From: Trueperaceae bacterium
GTDB taxonomy: Bacteria > Deinococcota > Deinococci > Deinococcales > Trueperaceae
NCBI GenBank assembly: GCA_965213925.1
Contig: OZ243927.1
Span: 2,304,001-2,368,000, forward strand
Direction of reading: 5' to 3'
DNA length: 64,000 bases
The position numbers and the translations under genes are program-made. Below are positions 19,659 to 28,172 of the stretch, one piece after another. Below the pieces are notes generated by a model. The model did no database searches and was not told where the DNA came from. It saw only the letters and a list, made by a program, of their open reading frames with translations. Numbering within the stretch: the stretch's first letter is position 1; each line of letters opens with the position of its first letter.

Positions 19659-20914
19659 CCGCGGCTCGTCTCCTCCTGGGCTTCGGGTTCTGTTTCCGCC
19701 TCTATCGTCGCTTCGACCTCTTCGCTCGCTTCTACTGCTGCCTCGACCTCTTTGCTCTCTTCTTCGGGACCGGGCGACGCGCTGAAGAGGGCGTCGAAGG
19801 CGGCGCGTTTCGAGTCGGCTGTGACCGCAGGCACGTCCTCACCGCGCTCGGCGGCGGCTTGCATGGCGGCGTCCAGATCAGAGACCGTCTCCGAAGCGAC
19901 GAGGTCGATTTTGAAGCCCGTGAGCTTCGCGGCTAAGCGCACGTTCTGTCCGCCTTTACCGATGGCGAGCGAGAGTTGGTCGTTGCCGACTAAGACCTTC
20001 GCCTCGCCCTTTTCGGTGTCCACGTCAATCGTGCCGACTTTAGCGGGGGAGAGGGCGTTACGAATGAATTCTCGGGGGCTCGGGTCCCAGAGGATGATGT
20101 CCACTCGTTCACGCTGCAACTCGGCTGTGACGGCTTGAATACGTGAGCCCCTATGTCCGATGCACGCCCCGATAGGGTCCACATTCGGGTTGCGGCTGAT
20201 CACCGCGACTTTAGAGCGTTGCCCGGCTTCCCTGGCAATCGCTTTGAGTTCTACGGTTTCGTCCGTAACCTCAGGAATCTCTTGGCGCATGAGGTACTCC
20301 AGGAGTTCGGGGGCGGCTCTCGAGACCAAAATGCTCGGTCCACGGTTCGAAAGCTCGACCTTGACCACGTACACCTTGAGCCGCATCCCGACCATCGTCC
20401 GCTCGCCTGGAATCTGCTCTTTAGGCGGCATAATGGCTTCGCCGCGCCCTAAATCCACGAAGACGTTGCGCTTGTTGTCCTGACGTGAAACGACGGCTGT
20501 GATCACGTCGCCCGCGCGGTCCTTGTATTCGTTAAAGACAATAGCGCGTTCCGCCTCGCGGATTTTCTGAGTGATGACCTGCTTGGTCGTTTGCACCGCG
20601 ATGCGCGTGAACTTGTCGGGGTCCACGGGGAATTCCATCTCCATGCCGACCTCGACGGTGGGGTCGAGTTCCCGCGCTTCCTCTAGGCTCATCTCCTGCT
20701 CGGCGTCCTCGACCTCTTCGACGACGCGCCGCACGATTAAAACCTCGATCTCGCCCGTTTCGGGGTCGACTTGCACCTCGATCGCTTTGCCCGGCTCGAC
20801 GTTGCGCTCGTAAGCTTGCTCTAAAGACTCCTCAAACGAGGCTAAGAGCTGGTCTTTGTCCAGGTTGCGCTCGGTGGCGAGTTGGTTGAGGGCGTCTATA
20901 AAATCTTTGTTCAT
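19655..20914 (-). CDS. nusA: Transcription termination factor NusA
   Basis: S1 and KH domains; DPIGACIG and AIGKGGQNVRLAAKLTG motifs. Confidence 0.97.
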   Translation of the reverse strand: MNKDFIDALNQLATERNLDKDQLLASFEESLEQAYERNVEPGKAIEVQVDPETGEIEVLIVRRVVEEVEDAEQEMSLEEARELDPTVEVGMEMEFPVDPDKFTRIAVQTTKQVITQKIREAERAIVFNEYKDRAGDVITAVVSRQDNKRNVFVDLGRGEAIMPPKEQIPGERTMVGMRLKVYVVKVELSNRGPSILVSRAAPELLEYLMRQEIPEVTDETVELKAIAREAGQRSKVAVISRNPNVDPIGACIGHRGSRIQAVTAELQRERVDIILWDPSPREFIRNALSPAKVGTIDVDTEKGEAKVLVGNDQLSLAIGKGGQNVRLAAKLTGFKIDLVASETVSDLDAAMQAAAERGEDVPAVTADSKRAAFDALFSASPGPEEESKEVEAAVEASEEVEATIEAETEPEAQEETSRG

Positions 20915-20981
20915 ACTAAATACTCCTATTCAGTTGTGGGTATTGCCTTTATCTTCTATGTCTATCCTGCTTTGTCTATCT

Positions 20982-21425
20982 CTACCTCGGCGTATCGGGC
21001 CACTCCGCCAGACGCGCGCTGCCGATGTCGCTTAGCGCAACCGTGCGCCGCTCTTTACCAACTTCAAACGTGACGCTCTCGTCACTCACCTCGCGCACCT
21101 TGCCCTTGAAGGTCTCGTTGCCGACACGCACCTTGGCGAGCAGGTCGTGAAAGCGGCGAAAGTGCTCGGGACGTTTGAGGGGGCGCTCAGGTCCGGGTGA
21201 TTCGACCTCTAACTTATACTCGCTCTCGAAGGGGTCCAACCGGTCGAGTTCTAAGCTAAAAACCTCCGTCGCCAAGCTCACGTCCTCCATCGTCACGACC
21301 TTTTGGTCTAGCCGGTCGATGCGCAAGAGGACGTTTCTTTTTTTGCCTTTGCCGCTCACGGTTAGCTCTAAGACTTCGAAGCCTAAGGGCTCCAGTAATT
21401 CCTCCGCTGCTCTCGCTAATTCCAC
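20982..21425 (-). CDS. rimP: Ribosome maturation factor RimP
   Basis: YKLEVESPGPERPL motif; GGAGG RBS; upstream of nusA. Confidence 0.93.
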   Translation of the reverse strand: MELARAAEELLEPLGFEVLELTVSGKGKKRNVLLRIDRLDQKVVTMEDVSLATEVFSLELDRLDPFESEYKLEVESPGPERPLKRPEHFRRFHDLLAKVRVGNETFKGKVREVSDESVTFEVGKERRTVALSDIGSARLAEWPDTPR

Positions 21426-21578
21426 AGTACCTCCTGAACAGCAGGTCTCATTCGCTTAGAAACAGCCTCAGTCAATCAAGCTCTTGTTTAGCTTCTATAT
21501 TGAGTAATTTCTGTGCGACGCAACCTCACTAAAATACCTGCACCTACAACGCTTATATTGCCTTCATCCCTAACCATC

Positions 21579-21607
21579 AAAAAAGGTGGCGTGCAGCGCA
21601 CCCACCT
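21579..21607 (-). terminator. rimP-leader-type attenuator hairpin
   Basis: Minus-strand AGGTGGGTGC-GCT-GCACGCCACC then T6, downstream of TATAAT (21642-21637) and upstream of rimP. Confidence 0.7.
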
Positions 21608-21714
21608 ATAAGGTAGTCGGGATTTCTCCAAGCAGGATTATACGCCTTTTGCGAAGAACTTTACAACCTCTTGTGGACGTTTAGGCTAGAACCCGTGAGA
21701 ATTGGGGTAGCGTT

Positions 21715-21957
21715 TTAGCACTTGTTGGTTTCATGACCTCTTCGCATGTACACGAACGCGCTATCTTCTTCGTAGGTCATAAATCCGAACCTCTTATAAA
21801 GCTCGCTCACGCAGGGGTTGCTCTGCAAATAACCGAGGCGACATTCTGCGCGTTCGTGGTCTAGTTTTTTAGTGACATGAAGATAGAACGTGCGAGCCGA
21901 TTCCTCGCCCCTGATACTCAGGTAGGATGAAAAAGCGGGCGAAAAGGTCATGCTCAT
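21715..21957 (-). pseudogene. GNAT acetyltransferase C-terminal remnant
   Basis: LQSNPCVSELYKRFGF resembles the GNAT C-terminus; the N-terminal core is missing. Confidence 0.5.
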
Positions 21958-22280
21958 CTACTCAATACACCCATTGACCGAAGGAATCCAAGGGTGAACT
22001 TGAGCATTGACGATACCCTCTTTAACAGCAGGGTCGTTGGTGACTATTGATAGCCTGCGCTCGCTCCAACGTCTCTACCTCTAGTATCCCCATCATGCCT
22101 GCGCTATCTGTAAACGCACCACCCAGCACTAAAATTTCTGATTCAAGCTCCGTCATGTAGGCGAAGTGTCCGCCTAGAGGCTGCTCGAGGATAGCTTTAC
22201 CAGGCTGCCACAACTCGCCTGGTGTGTAGAGAAAAACGAAGTACGTCTCGTCTTCTCTAAAGTCGGGCACTGGTATAGTC
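21958..22280 (-). pseudogene. YciI-like protein, frameshifted, 5' end unclear
   Basis: HFAYM..LVLGGAF motif; VTNDPAVKEGI..HPW continues in another frame. Confidence 0.65.
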
Positions 22281-22355
22281 CAGGCGCATGACGCGCACCT
22301 TTCAACTCGCTTTCTGGTCAATTCGCTTTCTAAAACTGCGCAAAGTGAGCGCCCC

Positions 22356-23486
22356 TTGCGGCTGAGCGTCGCGGGCTTCGCCGCCACTGCTATCACCTTT
22401 GGACCAGCCCGCAGCGGCTACGGGCTGTTCTTACCTATTTTCCGCGAGGAGTTCGGGCTCTCGACGGTGCTCTTAGGGTTGATCGCGAGCGGTTTGTACT
22501 TAGGCTATTTGCTCGCGCTCTCTGCGGTGGGGTTGCTCGCTTCTAGGGTGGGTCCGCTTCCCTTGATTACGGCGGGGCTCGTGTCGGCGGCGCTCGGCAT
22601 GACGCTAGTTGCGTTTGCTCCTAGTGCGCCTATGCTAGCGGCGGGGGTGGTGTTGGCGGGCTCGAGCGCAGGTTGGACGTGGGCTCCTTACAACGACGCG
22701 GCTAAGCAACTCGTCGCAGAGCGAAGGCGCGGGCGCGTGCTCTCAGTGGTTAGTACGGGTACAACGGTGGGCATTTTCGTCGCGGGTTTGAGTGCGCTTT
22801 TCGTAGGTGCAGACTGGCGCGTTGCTTGGCTTCTGTTCGCCGGGGCTGCGCTCGCGGCGCTCGCGCCCAACGTACTTGCGCTAAGAGGGTTGCCGAACCC
22901 GTCCGACCTAGCGGAAGCCCCCAAAGAGGTCGCCTGGCGCTGGTTTGCTCGAGCTGAAGCGGTACCTCTTTTCATCGTTGCCGCCTCGTTCGGTGTAGTG
23001 AGCGCTTTTTACTACTCGTTCGCCGTGGACTTAGTCGTTTTGTCGGGTATCTCGCGTACCTTCGGAGGACCCGTCCTCTACGCTTTCATCGGCGCGGCGG
23101 GGTTGAGCGGACTGTTCACCGGCGACGCGGTTTCTCGCTTTGGTGCTAGGTGGGTGCTCCTCGCGACGCTCGTCTGTTTGAGCGCTGCTGCTTTCTCTCT
23201 AGGTCTCGCGCCGTCCTCTTGGTTTGCTATCGGGGTGTCCGCTTCGCTCTTCGGTGTGGGCGTGATGGTGATGAGTGCGCTCCTCTCCATCTGGAGTTCG
23301 TCGGTTTTCGCCGCAAGACCGTCGGTCGGCTTTTCCGCCACGCTCTTCGTCTTTGGCATCGGGCTCACGCTCGGACCTGTGGCGCTGAGTATGCTTGTGG
23401 AGCCCTTGAGCTTAGGGACGACTTTCCTTATTGCGGGTTTGATTGCTCTGCTTACAATGTTTGCGCAGCCTAAAAAATTCAGTTAG
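22356..23486 (+). CDS. MFS transporter (YbfB/YjiJ-like); start uncertain
   Basis: About 12 hydrophobic segments; FGPARSGYGLFLP motif. Confidence 0.85.
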   Translation: MRLSVAGFAATAITFGPARSGYGLFLPIFREEFGLSTVLLGLIASGLYLGYLLALSAVGLLASRVGPLPLITAGLVSAALGMTLVAFAPSAPMLAAGVVLAGSSAGWTWAPYNDAAKQLVAERRRGRVLSVVSTGTTVGIFVAGLSALFVGADWRVAWLLFAGAALAALAPNVLALRGLPNPSDLAEAPKEVAWRWFARAEAVPLFIVAASFGVVSAFYYSFAVDLVVLSGISRTFGGPVLYAFIGAAGLSGLFTGDAVSRFGARWVLLATLVCLSAAAFSLGLAPSSWFAIGVSASLFGVGVMVMSALLSIWSSSVFAARPSVGFSATLFVFGIGLTLGPVALSMLVEPLSLGTTFLIAGLIALLTMFAQPKKFS

Positions 23487-23526
23487 TGTGCACCTTTACG
23501 CTTCCCTAACCTGTAAGCTATTCCAC

Positions 23527-23555
23527 TTTACACAACTTACTCAGTTGTGTATACT
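23527..23555 (+). promoter_or_regulatory. Sigma-A promoter TTTACA-N17-TATACT overlapped by palindrome TACACAACT-N5-AGTTGTGTA
   Basis: Near-consensus boxes; perfect 9-bp inverted repeat at 23529-23551. Confidence 0.7.
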
Positions 23556-23562
23556 CGCCTTT

Positions 23563-23592
23563 ATGAAGTGCTTTTCCCAGCGAGCTAGCTAA
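23563..23592 (+). CDS. Candidate leaderless leader peptide MKCFSQRAS
   Basis: ATG lies 7 nt after the -10 box and upstream of a terminator-like hairpin. Confidence 0.4.
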   Translation: MKCFSQRAS

Positions 23593-23627
23593 CCGCGGTG
23601 CGTTATTCTACGTATCGCTCTCTTAAA

Positions 23628-23662
23628 CGGCCTACCTTAAACGGTAAGGTCGCTTTTCTTTT
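23628..23662 (+). terminator. Candidate attenuator terminator in the aminotransferase leader
   Basis: CGGCCTACC/GGTAAGGTCG stem followed by CTTTTCTTTT. Confidence 0.5.
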
Positions 23663-23702
23663 AGAGACCCAGAGCCTTTTAGGGGCAGAAAAGGAACCAT
23701 CC

Positions 23703-24866
23703 ATGAACCACCCACAGCCCGTCCTCTTGCTTACGCCCGGTCCGACCCCGATTCACCCCCGCGCCGCCGCCGCTCTTTGCTGGCCTATGCTCGGGCATAT
23801 GGACCCGGAGGTCTTTGCCTATAACGACCGCGTGGCGGAGGATTTACATGCGCTTTACGGCACGAACGGCGAAGGGTTCACGAGCCTCCTATCTGGCACG
23901 GGCTCGTTAGGGATGGAGGCGGGCTTTGCGAACTTGCTCGAGCCCCTTGACAGCGTACTTATCGTCTCGAATGGCGTCTTCGGCGAGCGCATGGTGGAGA
24001 TGGCGTCGCGCTTAGGCGCAGAGGTCGAGACCGTGCGCTTCTCGCCTGGATGCCCTATCGATTTAGGCGCGGTAAGAAGCGCGGCGCACTGCGTTCAGCC
24101 CAAGCTCATCGCCGCTGTTCACGGCGAGACGAGCACGGGCGTGATGAACCCGGTGCCAGAAATCGGCGAGATTGCTAAAGAGGTCGGCGCGCTCTATTCG
24201 GTGGACGCGGTGACGACGGTGGGAATGCTCCCTTTTAGCATGTCGGACTGGGGTATTGATTACGCCTATACCGGCTCACAAAAATGCCTCTCGGCACCCC
24301 CAGGACTCGCGCCCGTCGCATTTAGTGAGCGAGCTTTAGAGACGATTCGCACGCGCCAGACGCCCGTGACAACATGGTACAGCGACGCGGTGGGGATGCT
24401 CGGCTATTGGGCGTCGGTGGAGCAGGGCGGGCGCAAGTATCACCACACGGTTCCAGTACAACTCCACTGGGCGACGGGCGAGGCGGTTCGCGCGGCGTTG
24501 GAAGAGGGCGCGCAAGCGCGAGCGGAGCGCGTTAGATGGTTGGGCGAAGCAGTTCTAAGCGCGTTAGAAACGGTCGGCTTCTCCGCTTACATCCCTGAGC
24601 CTCACCGCTTGCCGACGGTGCTCGCGGTGAACCTACCCGCAGGCTTAGATGACGCGGCGGTGCGCTTGCAGCTTCGTAACGACTACCGCATCAGCGTCAC
24701 GGGCGGTTTGGGCGAGACAGCCGGGAAGATTTGGCGCTTGGGTTTGATGGGGGAGAACGCGCGGGCGGTGCATTACCTCAAACTGATGGACGCCCTCGCG
24801 GAGATCATGAATGCGCCGCACCTACCCGAAACGTTTGAAGCGTTACTCGCAGTCGTAGCAGAGTGA
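23703..24866 (+). CDS. Class V PLP aminotransferase (alanine-glyoxylate/serine-pyruvate family)
   Basis: [19 protein letters not shown] and [12 protein letters not shown] motifs; AAGGA RBS before ATG 23703. Confidence 0.92.
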   Translation: MNHPQPVLLLTPGPTPIHPRAAAALCWPMLGHMDPEVFAYNDRVAEDLHALYGTNGEGFTSLLSGTGSLGMEAGFANLLEPLDSVLIVSNGVFGERMVEMASRLGAEVETVRFSPGCPIDLGAVRSAAHCVQPKLIAAVHGETSTGVMNPVPEIGEIAKEVGALYSVDAVTTVGMLPFSMSDWGIDYAYTGSQKCLSAPPGLAPVAFSERALETIRTRQTPVTTWYSDAVGMLGYWASVEQGGRKYHHTVPVQLHWATGEAVRAALEEGAQARAERVRWLGEAVLSALETVGFSAYIPEPHRLPTVLAVNLPAGLDDAAVRLQLRNDYRISVTGGLGETAGKIWRLGLMGENARAVHYLKLMDALAEIMNAPHLPETFEALLAVVAE

Positions 24867-25218
24867 CGCTTCAGAAGCGTTGAGGCTCGAGTCCTAAAAA
24901 AGAAGGGATAGCTCGTCAACTCGAGCTGTGCGAAAAGCGTGAAGCGCTTAAAAGAAGTAGACGCGGCGGTTCTAAGCAATATTGAGGGTGGCCTCCCCGG
25001 TAGAGTAAACCGCCGCATCTGAGGAGTCAGCACGCTGGGCAGCGTAGAGACTCATGTATGTATATTACTCCACTCACTCCGAAAACACATAAACCTTACC
25101 TTAATGTTTCGATTAATGATTTCTCATAAAGGGGTCGAGGCTGAAAACGAGTGCTGTGGAGAGGCTCCACGGCGCACTGAAAAAAACAGACGCGAACTGC
25201 ACAGTGTTGCTGTAACGG

Positions 25219-25252
25219 CGAAACGTCCAACCTTTTCGGGTTGGACGTTTCG
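25219..25252 (-). terminator. Strong hairpin downstream of the RTX gene
   Basis: Perfect 14-bp stem CGAAACGTCCAACC/GGTTGGACGTTTCG; weak U-tract. Confidence 0.6.
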
Positions 25253-25292
25253 TTGGTTCTACTTAGTTGAGCGGGCGTGACTACGTGACGCG

Positions 25293-26630
25293 TTAGTCTC
25301 TGTCCGCACCTCTAGCGAATAATGCGTCCCGAGTAAGTCCGTCGTTTCCGACGACGCCTTTGAGTCTCACTGAGGAGAAGAAGTCGTCGTTTTCATCACG
25401 GTCGAACGTGAAGATCAGGTCGCGCCCATCGACGATAGCGTCGGTGTCGCCTACGCCGTCGTTCTCGACCTCTTCGACGAAGTCTAAGAACTCTTCGGTC
25501 GTAGAGAGCGCTCTTTGGGTGCCTTCGAAGCTGAACTCGAGGGTATCGAATGTGCTTTCAGAGCCTCTATTGACGTCAAAGTCCTTGATTTCGTCGTTGC
25601 CCCTATCAAACCTGATCGTGTTGCTGTCGCTACCGCCGCCTCTGATCTCGTCGTCGCCCGCGCCGCCGCGGATGAAGTCGTCGCCGTCACCGCCGAGGAG
25701 GGTATCGTCGCCCGCTTCGCCGAAGATTCTGTCGTCGCCGTCGCCGCCGTCAACAACGTCGTCGCCGCCTTGACCGTTGACGGTATCATTACCATCTTGT
25801 CCTCTGATGATGTCGTTGTCGCGTCCACCCAAGATTTCGTCGTTGTCGTCGCCGCCGCGGAGGATATCTTCGCCGTCGCCGCCGTCGATGAAGTCGTCGC
25901 CTTCGTCACCATTGATGATGTCGTTGCCTGTGCCGACTTTCGGGCTGGACTTGAGACCGCCGAAAAGCTCGTCGTCGCCTTCGCCGCCTCTGATCCTGTC
26001 GTCGCCACCTTGACCGCTGATGGTGTCGTTGCCCTCGTCGCCTTCGATATCGTCGTTGCCGGCTTCACCGAAGATCGTGTCGTTGCCTTCGTCGCCTCTT
26101 AATGTGTCATTGCCGCCCTGACCGTTGATCGTGTCGTCACCTTCGCCGCCGCGGATGGTGTCGCTGCCACGCCGACCACGGAGGACGTCGTCGCCGTCGC
26201 CACCTAAGATGAAGTCGTCATCCGGACCTGCTACCGGGTTGCCGCCGTCGATGAAGTCGTCGCCGCCTTGACCGTCGAGCGCCTTGTCGCTGCCTTCCTC
26301 GCCAAAGATTTTGTCGTCACCTTCGCCGCCGCGCACGGTGTCTTCGCCAGCGCCAGCGCAGACGACGTCGTCGCCGCCTCTAGCGCGGACGATGTCGTCG
26401 CCGCCGAGCGCTAAGATGAGGTCGTCGCCGTTCGTTCCGCGGATAACATCGTCGCCCTCAGTGCCAACAATAACGTTGTAGTCGTTGACGTCAACCTCGG
26501 TGCAGACGTCTAACTCCGGTTGATTGCCTGTTGTCGTCTCGAGTTCCTGCGGCACTTCGGCTAGATCCGAACATGCGGCTAAGAATAAGAGCGCGATCCC
26601 TACGGTAAAAACGTTTTTCAGTTGTTTCAT
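25293..26630 (-). CDS. Lipoprotein with RTX (hemolysin-type) Ca-binding repeats
   Basis: MKQ..LFLAAC lipobox; many GGxGxDxI nonapeptides; GGAG RBS before ATG 26630. Confidence 0.88.
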   Translation of the reverse strand: MKQLKNVFTVGIALLFLAACSDLAEVPQELETTTGNQPELDVCTEVDVNDYNVIVGTEGDDVIRGTNGDDLILALGGDDIVRARGGDDVVCAGAGEDTVRGGEGDDKIFGEEGSDKALDGQGGDDFIDGGNPVAGPDDDFILGGDGDDVLRGRRGSDTIRGGEGDDTINGQGGNDTLRGDEGNDTIFGEAGNDDIEGDEGNDTISGQGGDDRIRGGEGDDELFGGLKSSPKVGTGNDIINGDEGDDFIDGGDGEDILRGGDDNDEILGGRDNDIIRGQDGNDTVNGQGGDDVVDGGDGDDRIFGEAGDDTLLGGDGDDFIRGGAGDDEIRGGGSDSNTIRFDRGNDEIKDFDVNRGSESTFDTLEFSFEGTQRALSTTEEFLDFVEEVENDGVGDTDAIVDGRDLIFTFDRDENDDFFSSVRLKGVVGNDGLTRDALFARGADRD

Positions 26631-26670
26631 GTATCTCTCCAAAGAAGAAAAAAGGTTTAGTAATGTTCGT

Positions 26671-26778
26671 CCTGTTCGGTAACCTAGCTGTCTCATTGTT
26701 CGGACGTCGTAAGCCAGTTTGACGAGACCTGCGGTTTTGCAACCTGCTCAGAAACAGGTATGCCTTTTCGTAGAACGG
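26671..26778 (-). ncRNA. Candidate variant c-di-GMP-I (GEMM) riboswitch
   Basis: aaaaGGCATA-cctgtt/agcagg-TTGCAAAACCGCAGGTCTC...GAGACAGCTAGGTTACCGAA; P1, P2 and P3 can pair; GNRA loop absent. Confidence 0.55.
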
Positions 26779-26921
26779 TGCGGATTTTGAGCCATCACCT
26801 CCTCGGATTAGTACGCTCAGAAGTCTGAAGTGCACCCCAAAACGGAGGGCGCTCAGTCCTCGTAATGTTTCCAGGGCGTTTGCACCCTACGTCCACAGTG
26901 AACCCCCACCGTGCTTTCATA

Positions 26922-26940
26922 GGACATCTGTGAGATGTCC
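26922..26940. promoter_or_regulatory. Palindrome GGACATCT-N3-AGATGTCC, candidate operator
   Basis: Perfect 8-bp inverted repeat between the luxR-type gene and the RTX gene. Confidence 0.4.
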
Positions 26941-27036
26941 CTGTTGTAAATCTCACTATGGACAAAAGACACCCTAACACCAGATGGGGAAAATTTGTAC
27001 CGGCTAAAGTCCCGGTTTTTGGTTGAGACGAAAGTC

Positions 27037-27597
27037 CTAAGACCCCCTGGATAACAGTTGAGCACGGCAGATAAGCTCGGTTCGCTTCTTCGCCTCCAGC
27101 TTGCTGAGCAGATTGGTAACGTATCCTTTCACCGTTTTCTCAGAAATGTCTAATTTTTCACCGATTTCTCGGTTCGAGAGACCGCTCACGACGAGATGAT
27201 GCACCTGCTGCTCACGGCGCGTGAGCTGGTGCGTGTCGGACTTTTCTAGCGCTCTGGAGATGAGCCGCCGTTCGCCCCACACCTCTTCGCGCAAGAGCGC
27301 GCGGATGGCGGGTACGATCTTGTCGCGACTTTCCTCGGGTCGCAAGTAGCCTTTGTAGCCTAGGTGAAGCAGTTGCACAATTTCATTCTCGCTGTTTTCG
27401 CCGTTCCCCGAGACGATGGCGAGCGTTGGGCAAGCGGGCGGTGCGGGATACGGCGAGGTCGCGCCCTGCAAATCTATGAGGGCGACGTCGACGTACGGCG
27501 CTAACTCGGCGGTGAGCTTAAAGTTTTCTTCGCCAAGACGCGCTCTTAATGCGTCTTGCATGAGCGTGTTGGGGGTATCTACAAAAATAGTTGCCAT
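27037..27597 (-). CDS. LuxR/NarL-family regulator with an atypical receiver domain
   Basis: HTH motif LTRREQQV..GLSNREIGEKLDISEKTVK; receiver lacks the acidic pair. Confidence 0.9.
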   Translation of the reverse strand: MATIFVDTPNTLMQDALRARLGEENFKLTAELAPYVDVALIDLQGATSPYPAPPACPTLAIVSGNGENSENEIVQLLHLGYKGYLRPEESRDKIVPAIRALLREEVWGERRLISRALEKSDTHQLTRREQQVHHLVVSGLSNREIGEKLDISEKTVKGYVTNLLSKLEAKKRTELICRAQLLSRGS

Positions 27598-28172
27598 GAA
27601 GGTCTCCAGTCAAAACAAGCTGCGAAGACGAAGAAGGCGAAATGCATAGCGTGAGTGGATTTACACCGGCGTGAGCGTAGTGGCGTAGCCGGTACACATG
27701 TAACGCACCGCCTTCCGGGGTGGATGCACGGATAACTAGAGAGCGTTCGAATTTATAATTCGACGTTCGCTGTCTCAGACAGTCTCCGTTGAGTTTAGCA
27801 CATGCTCCAGACGCAAGCATAAGGGTTCTAAGTACTCTTCCGGCATTATTTCAATACCTTGTGATACTACTTCCGATTGAGTTACGCATGATGATGAATC
27901 GATCTGAGCACTTCATGAAGCCTTCATGTCTACTCTGCAACGAACGCCGTTCGAAGTAGCGCAACCAATTCTCGCCAGCGCCGTACTCGAGCGGACGGTG
28001 TACGAATTCGGTGATGAGGCTGCGTGGTGACCGCACCGAGCCGGCGCGCCATAAGCTGTTCTTCATCTAAGCATCTTATAGTGAGCTGGCTAGGCGTCCC
28101 GCAAGCGGACACGCTTAGCGTTGCAATTCTTGCTTACACGACCTTATTACGCTGCACCTTATTGGGGGCTCG

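Noticed and set aside
25293..26480. Dense GTCGTCGCC-type repeats as a possible CRISPR array
   Set aside because: 27-bp periodicity is in frame with RTX nonapeptides; no spacers and no cas genes
27598..28172. Short ORFs or an RNA in the luxR-ubiA spacer
   Set aside because: No RBS, motif or terminator support
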